DNA of 28,745 nt from an uncultured Candidatus Saccharibacteria bacterium (GTDB lineage Bacteria; Patescibacteriota; Minisyncoccia; CAYZDR01). The position numbers were made by a program, and so were the translations under genes. Of this stretch, positions 14,362-22,113 are shown piece after piece (position 1 is the first letter of the stretch; each line of letters begins with the position of its first letter). The notes beneath the pieces are model-generated. The model did no database searches. It had not been told where the DNA came from and saw only the letters and a program-made list of their open reading frames with translations. The stretch lies in the NCBI GenBank assembly GCA_964515525.1, contig CAZEUY010000003.1, positions 1-28,745 on the forward strand, read 5' to 3'.

Positions 14362-15597
14362 GTGTTTAGACGTTTTAGGAAATCACAAGAAACCAAGGAT
14401 TTTCTCGCGCTTGATATAGGGACAGAGTATGTGAAAGCTCTCGTCTTTTCTGTTTGCGATGGGGAAGTTTTGGCGATTAAAGCTGTGCATAAAGAAAGAC
14501 AGGATCTACGAAACATGGCTGGCGGGATGGTTGCAGACATTGAAGGGGTTGCGAACACGTGCAGGAGGGTGATAGATAAATTGGAAAACGAAACTGGGAT
14601 AAGACTTTCTAAAGCGATTGTAGGAGTGGCAGGGGAATCTATTCGGGGAGGAGTGATGACAGTCCATTACGAGCGCGCAAGACCAGAAGTTAAAATCACC
14701 CCATCAGAATTAAGGAATGTAATCCAGAGAGTGCAATGGAGAACCTTTGACAGATTTAGAAACGATTTTCTTGAGGATACGGGACAGTCGTGCGTTGATG
14801 TGAGGATTGTTGATGCACAGATTTTGAAAATAAAAATTGACGCTTACGAGGTTGTTAATCCAGTAGATTTTCATGGGAAAGATATCGCCTTTGAAATTTT
14901 TAATTCCATCGCCCCGATGATTCATTTAGAATCCATAAAAAGTGTCATGCAAAAACTGGGACTTGAAATAGAAAACATCGTGGCAGAACCGTGTGCGATT
15001 GCAAACCTGCTCTGTTCTACCGGAGTAAACCATCCGCGCTCACTACTGATTGACATCGGAGGTGGAACTACGGATATGGCCATCATCAAAGACGGGATGG
15101 TTGATGGGGTAAGGATGTTTTCTCTGGGAGGGCGTGCGTATTCTAATCGTCTTTCTGAGGTGTTAGGAGTAGGAGCGGTAGAGGCAGAGGATATTAAAGT
15201 AAAATATTCTGCGGGGGAGTTGAGTAAAAATGCCTCATATTCCATAAGGACAATTTTCAAAAAGGATTCCAAAGTTTGGGTAAGAGGAATTCAGATTGCT
15301 CTTGAAAAATTTTTTAGAATTAATTTTTATCCTTCTACGATTTATTTGTGCGGAGGAGGATGTATGGTTCCAGAAATCAAAGAATCAATTGAGAGTGCAT
15401 TTACAAGAGAAGGTGTTGCCCTGAATGTGGAGTTCCTTTATCCGGAAGTTTTTTCCAATAGAATACAGGATCATAATAAGTTGTTAACAGACACAAGCGA
15501 TATCGCCAGTATTGGTTTAGCGAATGTCACTTTGTTAAAAAGAGGAGGAGTTGTAGAGGAGTCGTTAAGTCGGGCGGTGCGGATGATGCAAACTTGA
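14362..15597 (+). CDS. FtsA-like actin-fold ATPase
   Basis: LALDIGTEYVK, IVAEPCA, IDIGGGTTD, LGGRAY, AEDIK, LCGGG; GTG start; not in a dcw cluster. Confidence 0.75.
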   Translation: MFRRFRKSQETKDFLALDIGTEYVKALVFSVCDGEVLAIKAVHKERQDLRNMAGGMVADIEGVANTCRRVIDKLENETGIRLSKAIVGVAGESIRGGVMTVHYERARPEVKITPSELRNVIQRVQWRTFDRFRNDFLEDTGQSCVDVRIVDAQILKIKIDAYEVVNPVDFHGKDIAFEIFNSIAPMIHLESIKSVMQKLGLEIENIVAEPCAIANLLCSTGVNHPRSLLIDIGGGTTDMAIIKDGMVDGVRMFSLGGRAYSNRLSEVLGVGAVEAEDIKVKYSAGELSKNASYSIRTIFKKDSKVWVRGIQIALEKFFRINFYPSTIYLCGGGCMVPEIKESIESAFTREGVALNVEFLYPEVFSNRIQDHNKLLTDTSDIASIGLANVTLLKRGGVVEESLSRAVRMMQT

Positions 15598-15601
15598 AAG
15601 T

Positions 15602-15649
15602 AAAACGGATTTACACGGATTAGAAACAGATATTCACGGAGCACGGATT
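15602..15649. repeat. CACGGAT-type short degenerate repeat cluster after the FtsA-like stop
   Basis: AACGGATT, CACGGATT, CACGGAG, CACGGATT units; resembles 28481-28527. Confidence 0.6.
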
Positions 15650-15728
15650 ATGTCGGCGGGGAGGTTTGTTTGATTGGTTTTTTGTGGTAAAATGGGAGAG
15701 AATCAATAATCCAAAATATAACAACCAC

Positions 15729-17240
15729 ATGAAGGATTTATCTAAAACAATTTATATATCTCAAGACAATGAAATTACATCTGTCTTGGACAAAGTCTTA
15801 CAGAGTAGTGCCTCAAAGGTCTTTTTAGTCGTGCCGGTAGGATCATTAATTTTGAAAAGCATCATCAACCTGAGAATCCTAAAAGAAGAATCTGAACGTG
15901 GGGATATAAACTTAATAATCGTCACAACAGACCCAACGGGATTAGCTTTTGCCAGAAAAGTAAAATTAAACTATTCGGAAAATCTTTTCGGTAGTCTTCC
16001 AAGCGAAAATGAAAAAGAAATCATCGGTCCGCAAAGACCTAAAATTTCCATCTCTCTATCAGAATTTCATATTATAGACATAGTAAGAAAAAAAATTGTT
16101 TATGGAGTATTCGCTTTATTTGTTGCCATCATGCTAATTTTTTCAGTTTCATTCCTCCCATCGGCAACAGTGTTCGTTTTGGCAACACCAAATACTATTA
16201 CTGAACAGATCAATCTGCAAGTAGATACTAATATAGACGGGTATCTTTTTGCAGAAAATAAAATATCCGGAAGGTTGATAAAAATTGATGAGGATTTTTC
16301 TAAAATGATCCCATCAACTGGAGAAAAAGATATAAAAGAATATGCAAGCGGTCAGATCACATTACTCAACGAATGGGATTCTAATGAACAAACGATTATT
16401 GCAGGCACTCAATTGCAACACGAAAGTGGTAAGAGCTTTAAGATAGAATCCACTGTGGTAATCCCAGGGTTTGCCCGTTCAGGTGGGGATGACATCGCTG
16501 GAAAAGTTCCCGCTTCTGTAATCGCTTTGGAGCCCGGTCCGCAGTTTAATGTATCTGCTGGAAAGTTTCATATTACCGCGCTTTCAACAACTGATAAATA
16601 CGAGAAGATTTATGGAACATCTAAAGAAGCGATGAAAGGAGGAAGAGTTGGCAAAGAAACATTTATTACAAAAGATGACATAGAAACAGCCAACGCTTTT
16701 GTGAAAGATCAGATGAGTTCCATACATGAAAATGAGAACGATTTCAAAAAAGGTAGTGATGAAATTATTATAGAAAATTCTGTCAGTAATTCTATTAGCC
16801 ACATAGAGCTTAATGCAAAGCAGGGAGATCAGCAGAAAGAATTTTCCATAAAGGCAACCATAAGTAAGGAGTGTGTTTTGGCTAAAAAATCTGTTATTGA
16901 AGAGTTCGTTAAAGAATGGTTAAGAGAGTATGATATAAGTGTTCCAGATGTTAATTTTGAAGAAAACATTTCCATCCTTCCAGTTGATGTAAACATGGCA
17001 AAAAATGAGTTCTCAATTGAAATTACAAGAGAGTCAGGTAGTGCCGTTTCTTTGGGTGAAATCAAGGAAATGATTTTAGGAAAAGGGGAAATAGAAGCGA
17101 AACAGATCATGGGCGGGATAGGGACAGTGGAGAATTGCGAAGTTAAATTATGGCCGTTTTGGGTAAGCAAAATTCCCAAGCAACCAGAAAAGGTTAATAT
17201 TTTTCTTGACAGAAATTATTATTTCAGTATAATGAATTAG
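15729..17240 (+). CDS. Single-pass membrane protein with baseplate J/gp47-like extracytoplasmic region (CPR-type)
   Basis: N-terminal soluble domain, TM VYGVFALFVAIMLIFSVSFL, then ASGQITLLN, GTQL, VIPG and ALEPGPQFNV motifs; start taken at ATG 15729. Confidence 0.55.
   Translation: MKDLSKTIYISQDNEITSVLDKVLQSSASKVFLVVPVGSLILKSIINLRILKEESERGDINLIIVTTDPTGLAFARKVKLNYSENLFGSLPSENEKEIIGPQRPKISISLSEFHIIDIVRKKIVYGVFALFVAIMLIFSVSFLPSATVFVLATPNTITEQINLQVDTNIDGYLFAENKISGRLIKIDEDFSKMIPSTGEKDIKEYASGQITLLNEWDSNEQTIIAGTQLQHESGKSFKIESTVVIPGFARSGGDDIAGKVPASVIALEPGPQFNVSAGKFHITALSTTDKYEKIYGTSKEAMKGGRVGKETFITKDDIETANAFVKDQMSSIHENENDFKKGSDEIIIENSVSNSISHIELNAKQGDQQKEFSIKATISKECVLAKKSVIEEFVKEWLREYDISVPDVNFEENISILPVDVNMAKNEFSIEITRESGSAVSLGEIKEMILGKGEIEAKQIMGGIGTVENCEVKLWPFWVSKIPKQPEKVNIFLDRNYYFSIMN
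17206..17233 (+). promoter_or_regulatory. Promoter of the infA-alpha operon embedded in the upstream gene's 3' end
   Basis: TTGACA-N16-TATAAT, 10 nt before infA ATG. Confidence 0.7.
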
Positions 17241-17243
17241 TCT

Positions 17244-17480
17244 ATGGATCAATCAAATTCTGATAATTTATCTAAGGAAGTTGTGAAAGTAGAAGGGGTG
17301 GTTTTAGAAAATCTTCCTAGTACAACTTTTAAGGTAAAATTGGACAGTGGACAGGAAATTTTAGCACATATCTCTGGACGGATGAGAATGTACTATATTA
17401 AAATTCTACCCGGGGATAGAGTGACTGTTGAAATGAGTCCATATGATTTAACAAGAGGAAGAATAGTAAAAAGGTTATAG
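17244..17480 (+). CDS. infA: Translation initiation factor IF-1
   Basis: [40 protein letters not shown]. Confidence 0.98.
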   Translation: MDQSNSDNLSKEVVKVEGVVLENLPSTTFKVKLDSGQEILAHISGRMRMYYIKILPGDRVTVEMSPYDLTRGRIVKRL

Positions 17481-17481
17481 C

Positions 17482-17595
17482 ATGAAAGTAAGAGCATCTG
17501 TTAAAAAAATCTGCAATAATTGCAAAACAGTGAGACGCAAAGGGCGCCTCTATGTTATTTGCTCAAACCCAAAGCACAAGCAACGACAAGGCTAA
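17482..17595 (+). CDS. rpmJ: 50S ribosomal protein L36 (not in ORF track; 37 aa)
   Basis: Translates as [37 protein letters not shown]. Confidence 0.98.
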   Translation: MKVRASVKKICNNCKTVRRKGRLYVICSNPKHKQRQG

Positions 17596-17596
17596 A

Positions 17597-17725
17597 CTCA
17601 ATTATCAATGATCAATGACGGACGAATAATCAATGACGACGGTGTCGTGCGAATAAATTAGGGGCTGTGAATTAGTAATTATAGAGATAACGATTTCTTA
17701 ATTCTTAATTCTTAATTCTTAATTC
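17597..17725. repeat. Heptamer microsatellite-rich spacer
   Basis: TCAATKA repeats, ACGAC-GGT-GTCGT hairpin (17636-17648), TTCTTAA x4 (17695-17722). Confidence 0.7.
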
Positions 17726-17732
17726 ATCGTTT

Positions 17733-18125
17733 ATGGCTAGATTACTTGGGATAGAAATCCCGAATGACAAAAGAATAGAAATTGCTTTGACTTACATCTA
17801 TGGTATGGGTCCTGCAAAGAGTGCTAAAATTCTTGAAGAGACAAAAATTGATCCAAGTAAGAAGGCACGGAGTTTAACCATTGATGAAATAGATGCTATC
17901 AAAAAAGCAATTGAAAAAAATGGGATTATAGTAGAAGGTGATTTACGGAGATTTATAGGAGCTAACATCAAGAGACTGAAAGACATCGGTTGCTATAAAG
18001 GAATTCGCCATCAGAAAAATCTTCCAGTAAGAGGACAACGAACGAAGACAAACTCTAGGACAAGAAGAGGAAATGTTAGAGTAAGCGCTGGAAGCGGAAG
18101 AAAAGCAGCTAACCAGAAAACATAA
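17733..18125 (+). CDS. rpsM: 30S ribosomal protein S13
   Basis: EIALTYIYGMG, IKRLKDIGCYKGIRH, LPVRGQRTKTNSRTR. Confidence 0.98.
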   Translation: MARLLGIEIPNDKRIEIALTYIYGMGPAKSAKILEETKIDPSKKARSLTIDEIDAIKKAIEKNGIIVEGDLRRFIGANIKRLKDIGCYKGIRHQKNLPVRGQRTKTNSRTRRGNVRVSAGSGRKAANQKT

Positions 18126-18144
18126 ACGCGAATCAACACGAAAC

Positions 18145-18201
18145 AGAACGAATGTTCACTAATCACGAATCCGTTATTAGTGATTTGTGAACATTCGTTC
18201 T
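18145..18201. repeat. MITE-like palindromic element
   Basis: Perfect 15-bp IR AGAACGAATGTTCAC/GTGAACATTCGTTCT plus inner AATCAC/GTGATT. Confidence 0.85.
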
Positions 18202-18227
18202 ACATAAGTGATAATTAGTGAAACTAC

Positions 18228-18662
18228 ATGGGAAAGAAAACTGTAAAAAGTGTAAGTCAGGATCCGGGCAAGTTAAAAACTGCCGTTGCTGGTTCTATTA
18301 AAAAGTCAAGGAAAAAAGTGACTTCTGGACAGGCGCATATTCAATCAACATATAATAACACTATGGTTTGTTTATCAGATTCCAAAGGTGAAATTATTAG
18401 TTGGGCTTCTGCTGGATCAATTGGATTTAAGGGTGCAAAGAAAGCTACTCCGTATGCAGCTGGTTTGGTGGCAAAAAATGCAGTAGAGAAATCAAGAAAA
18501 TCAGGGATTAAAGAAGTAGAAGTTTTCATTAAAGGAGTCGGACCTGGAAGAGAATCTGCAGCAAGAGCTTTAATCGCCAATGGACTTATTATAAATTCTA
18601 TTAAAGACGTGACGCCAATTCCTCATAATGGATGCCGTCCACCTAAAGTAAGGAGAGTTTAA
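18228..18662 (+). CDS. rpsK: 30S ribosomal protein S11
   Basis: [50 protein letters not shown]. Confidence 0.98.
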   Translation: MGKKTVKSVSQDPGKLKTAVAGSIKKSRKKVTSGQAHIQSTYNNTMVCLSDSKGEIISWASAGSIGFKGAKKATPYAAGLVAKNAVEKSRKSGIKEVEVFIKGVGPGRESAARALIANGLIINSIKDVTPIPHNGCRPPKVRRV

Positions 18663-18666
18663 TCAT

Positions 18667-19302
18667 ATGATGATAGATGCAAAATGCAAACAATGTAGGA
18701 GAGAAAAAGAAAAACTTTTTTTGAAAGGTGATCGTTGTTTTACTCCTAAATGTGCGATGGTGAAAAAACCATACGCTCCGGGAATGCATGGAAAAAAATT
18801 CAAAAGAAATAGCTCTGAATACGGGACACAGTTGAGAGAGAAGCAGAAAGTAAAAAGAACTTATGGTATTGCCGAAAGACAATTTAGGAAGTATTATGAA
18901 ACTGCAAGTCGCAGAAAAGGAGTGATTGGAGAAGCTATATTATTTGCTATTGAAAAAAGACTTGATAATGTGATATACAGAATGGGATTAGCGAAATCTC
19001 GTGGATTGGCAAGACAGATTGTATCACATGGACATATATTAGTTGATAGAAAAGGCAAGAAGAGAAAAGTAGATATTCCATCATTTGTAGTGAATGTTGG
19101 AGATAAAATTTACTTGAAAGAAAGCAGTCAGCCAAAAGGAATATTTAAGGATGTAGCGACAGTATTGAAAGGTTATGAATTTCCTGCATGGTTAAAGTTT
19201 AATAGCGAAACATTAGTTGGAGAGGTTTTGAATGAACCAACTATGGATGATGTAAACATTAATGCAAATATGCAGCTTATTGTTGAGCTGTATGCAAGAT
19301 AA
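18667..19302 (+). CDS. rpsD: 30S ribosomal protein S4
   Basis: CKQCRRE, PGMHG, SEYGTQLREKQK, RLDNVIYRMG, ARQIVSHGH, IVELYAR. Confidence 0.98.
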   Translation: MMIDAKCKQCRREKEKLFLKGDRCFTPKCAMVKKPYAPGMHGKKFKRNSSEYGTQLREKQKVKRTYGIAERQFRKYYETASRRKGVIGEAILFAIEKRLDNVIYRMGLAKSRGLARQIVSHGHILVDRKGKKRKVDIPSFVVNVGDKIYLKESSQPKGIFKDVATVLKGYEFPAWLKFNSETLVGEVLNEPTMDDVNINANMQLIVELYAR

Positions 19303-19325
19303 TAATTTAGGGAGAGGAATTTTTT

Positions 19326-20246
19326 ATGGAAAACATAATTTTACCAAAAAGTCCCGTAGTATTAAAGAAGGACGGTAATACAACTTTTTTTGAAATTAAA
19401 CCATGCCATCCTGGATATGGTTTGACGTTAGGAAATGCTCTGAAAAGAGTGTTAGTCTCTAGTTTACCCGGAGCTGCGATTACAAGTATTTTTATCAAAG
19501 AAGCAAGCCATGAATTTTCTACAATCCCGAATGTTTTAGAAGATGTGATGGAAATTATTCTTAATCTGAAACAAGTTAGAGTAAAGATGGAAGGAGAAGA
19601 AGAGGCTACTGCAACAATAAAAGTTTCTGGAGAAAAAGAAGTGAAGGCTGGAGACATTGAATTTCCATCTGGAGCAAGTGTTGTAAATAAAGATCAGCAC
19701 ATCGCAACTCTTACAGATAAAAAAGCTACTCTTGAAATGACATTGAAAATCAAAAAAGGCATCGGTTATGTTCCAGCTGAAAATCATGATTCAGATGAAA
19801 CTATAGGAACTATTCCTATTGATGCTATGTTCTCTCCAATTACAAAAGTAAGTTACAATATTGAAAATATGCGAGTGGGACAAATGACTGATTATAACAA
19901 GATAGCATTAGAAATAGAGACTGATGGTTCTGTTGATCCTAAAGATGCGTTAGCTGATGCAGTCCAAATTCTTGTGAAACAGTTTAGCTCAATTGCTGGT
20001 GAAGACGTTGAAGATTCTGTAAATGAAATTAACGAAGAGTCTGTTGCAGAAAGTGTTAATGGCATTGATATGTTGAGTTTGTCAAAAAGAACAGTAGGAC
20101 TTCTGAAAGACAATGATATCGTTTCAACAGATGCTCTTACAAGCAAGACAAAGAATGAGCTTTCTGAATTACAAGGTATGGGAGCAAAAGGTTTAGAAGA
20201 AGTTGAAGAAGCTTGCAAAAAAGCAGGATTATCATTAAAGGAATAA
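19326..20246 (+). CDS. rpoA: RNA polymerase subunit alpha
   Basis: PGYGLTLGNALKRVL, HEFSTIPNVLEDV, GIGYVPA, IDAMFSPI, MRVGQMTDYNK. Confidence 0.98.
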   Translation: MENIILPKSPVVLKKDGNTTFFEIKPCHPGYGLTLGNALKRVLVSSLPGAAITSIFIKEASHEFSTIPNVLEDVMEIILNLKQVRVKMEGEEEATATIKVSGEKEVKAGDIEFPSGASVVNKDQHIATLTDKKATLEMTLKIKKGIGYVPAENHDSDETIGTIPIDAMFSPITKVSYNIENMRVGQMTDYNKIALEIETDGSVDPKDALADAVQILVKQFSSIAGEDVEDSVNEINEESVAESVNGIDMLSLSKRTVGLLKDNDIVSTDALTSKTKNELSELQGMGAKGLEEVEEACKKAGLSLKE

Positions 20247-20253
20247 AACAGGT

Positions 20254-20607
20254 ATGAAACATCATAAATCAGGAAGAGTATTATCTAGAGAAAAAGACCA
20301 GAGAAACGCGCTGTTGAACGGGTTGGTTTCTTCTTTGATTATTCATGAAAAAATCAAGACTACGTGTGCTAAAGCCAAAGAAACCGCTCCAAGGGCGGAA
20401 AAGATGATTACAAGGGCTAAGAGGGGCGATTTGAGTGCTATAAAGCGAATGAATCAGACACTAAACAAGGAAGCATCTCTAAAGGTTATGAAAATTGCTG
20501 GTGCTAAATTCCAGAACAGAAAAGGTGGATATACGAAAATTACGAAATTAGCTCCAAGGAAAACAGACGGAGCAGAGATGGCAATAATAGAACTAATCAA
20601 TGAGTAA
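20254..20607 (+). CDS. rplQ: 50S ribosomal protein L17
   Basis: MKHHKSGR, HEKIKTT.AKAKE, RKGGYTKI, DGAEMAIIEL. Confidence 0.97.
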   Translation: MKHHKSGRVLSREKDQRNALLNGLVSSLIIHEKIKTTCAKAKETAPRAEKMITRAKRGDLSAIKRMNQTLNKEASLKVMKIAGAKFQNRKGGYTKITKLAPRKTDGAEMAIIELINE

Positions 20608-21013
20608 AATTATTTCAAGAAAATGGCACCTAATAGATGCCGAAAATAAAGTAATAGGTAAAGTGGCTGAACAGGCGGCAGTGCTTTTGCGAGGAAAGAG
20701 TAAAATAGATTTCACTTACAATGAAGATAAGGGAGATTATGTTGTGATCACAAATGTTTCCAAAGCATCTTTCTCTGGGCGAAAAATAGAGAACAAGATT
20801 CATCGTCATCACTCTGGATACATGGGCGGGCTAAAAGAGATACCGATGACAGATTATTTTGAACGTTTCCCTGATAATGTAATGCGAGAAGCAATCAACG
20901 GGATGATGCCTAAAAATAAGTTGAGAACTCCGATGATGAGAAGATTAAAGATTTTCAAAAACGCTAACCATGCTTATAAAGATAAATTTGTAACCAAAGA
21001 AGAAGCTAAATAA
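20600..21013 (+). CDS. rplM: 50S ribosomal protein L13
   Basis: WHLIDA, LRGKSK, GDYVVITN, HSGYMGGLK, GMMPKN. Confidence 0.97.
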   Translation: MSKIISRKWHLIDAENKVIGKVAEQAAVLLRGKSKIDFTYNEDKGDYVVITNVSKASFSGRKIENKIHRHHSGYMGGLKEIPMTDYFERFPDNVMREAINGMMPKNKLRTPMMRRLKIFKNANHAYKDKFVTKEEAK

Positions 21014-21018
21014 AATAT

Positions 21019-21477
21019 ATGATTACAGAAGATAAAAAAGTGGAAGAGAAAGAAATAGATCTTAGCAAAGCTGGGAAGTATTTTTATGGTTTAGGAAGAA
21101 GAAAAACAGCTACTGCTAAAATAAGAATTTATTTTGATTGTCCAAAAGAATTAAAAAATAAAGCTTTAATTAACGGTATGGCGATCAAAGATTATTTTAG
21201 TTCATCTGTTGAGTTATTTAATATCTATAAGCCGTTGGAAATTGTTGGGATAAATCAGAAAGATGTTTTTATTTCCATTAAAGCCGAAGGTGGTGGTAAA
21301 ACAGGTCAATCTGGTGCAGCACGACTTGCATTGTCTAGAGCGCTTATGGAGAAAGATATTGATTGCAGACCACTTTTGAAATCAGTAGGATTTTTAACAA
21401 GAGATCCAAGGATGAAAGAAAGAAAGAAACCAGGTTTAAGAAGAGCGAGACGTGCACCGCAGTGGACAAAACGATAG
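21019..21477 (+). CDS. rpsI: 30S ribosomal protein S9
   Basis: GRRKTATA, GGGKTGQSGA, LTRDPRMKERKKPG, RRAPQWTKR. Confidence 0.98.
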   Translation: MITEDKKVEEKEIDLSKAGKYFYGLGRRKTATAKIRIYFDCPKELKNKALINGMAIKDYFSSSVELFNIYKPLEIVGINQKDVFISIKAEGGGKTGQSGAARLALSRALMEKDIDCRPLLKSVGFLTRDPRMKERKKPGLRRARRAPQWTKR

Positions 21478-21507
21478 ACGAGAATTAAGAATCAAGAATT
21501 ATGAATC

Positions 21508-21535
21508 AAAAATACCTCGTAACGGGGTATTTTTT
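21508..21535 (+). terminator. Intrinsic terminator of the ribosomal operon (possibly bidirectional)
   Basis: AAAAATACCTCG-TAA-CGGGGTATTTTT. Confidence 0.8.
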
Positions 21536-21537
21536 GA

Positions 21538-21678
21538 AAGAAGAATAAATATAGCTATGGCGTAACTATCCCTAAAGAAATAATAGATGATTATGGATGG
21601 CGAGATGGACAGAAAATAGTTGTAGAATCTTATGGTAGGGGTAAAATCCTTATATCAGATTGGAAGTCGGGAAAATAA
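21538..21678 (+). pseudogene. 5'-truncated AbrB/MazE/SpoVT-type DNA-binding protein fragment
   Basis: Frame reads KKNKYSYGVTIPKEIIDDYGWRDGQKIVVESYGRGKILISDWKSGK*; in-frame TGA immediately upstream and no start codon. Confidence 0.6.
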
Positions 21679-21685
21679 AATGTAG

Positions 21686-21730
21686 TTGCCACTATAGAGC
21701 CCTCATAGGATATACTATAGAGGCTCTATA
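21686..21730 (+). promoter_or_regulatory. Promoter-like region with operator-like inverted and direct repeats
   Basis: TTGCCA...TATACT (spacer 19, suboptimal); IR TATAGAGCC/GGCTCTATA; direct repeat ACTATAGAG x2. Confidence 0.45.
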
Positions 21731-21751
21731 ATAACAAATTAGTAAAATTTT

Positions 21752-21970
21752 ATGAAAAAAGAAATATCAACAACTACAAAAATTGCAGTTTTTAGGAAAA
21801 AAGAAGTCCGTAGAACTATTTATAAAAACGAATGGTGGTTTTCGGTTATTGATGCATGCGAAGCATTGACGGATAGCGTTGACCCAGGCGCTTATTGGAG
21901 AAAGCTAAAACAAAGATTAAAAGAAGAGAAAAGTGAAGTCGTGACAATTAGACGATGCTTATCTTTTTGA
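21752..21970 (+). pseudogene. Truncated Bro-N domain protein
   Basis: EVRRTIYKNEWWFSVIDACEALTDS...YWRKLKQRL.EE.SEVVT is Bro-N-like; it ends abruptly in IRRCLSF* at 72 aa. Confidence 0.7.
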
Positions 21971-22061
21971 ATCGGATGCGGTTTTTATTGAAATGAGAGA
22001 AAACGAAAAGGGGAAAGCTGTCATATTAGATAAAACTATAGAACTGGACAGAAATTTTTAA
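21945..22061 (+). pseudogene. Orphan C-terminal fragment of an unidentified gene fused out of frame to the Bro-N remnant
   Basis: Alternate frame reads QLDDAYLFESDAVFIEMRENEKGKAVILDKTIELDRNF* with protein-like composition. Confidence 0.35.
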
Positions 22062-22113
22062 TATCAATGTTCCCACTGGGACAAAAGTAAAAAAGGTTTA
22101 TCTCTAAACCCTT

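Noticed and set aside
21535-21537. TGA read-through (genetic code 25) rescuing the AbrB-like fragment
   Set aside because: TGA terminates several genuine genes here (775, 6852, 15597, 28481) and no intact gene has an internal TGA; another stop (TAA 21520) lies just upstream.
22070-22082. TTCCCACTGGGA shared with the DUF3800-associated RNA (1499-1510)
   Set aside because: A 12-nt palindromic match is expected by chance in 29 kb; the flanks are unrelated.
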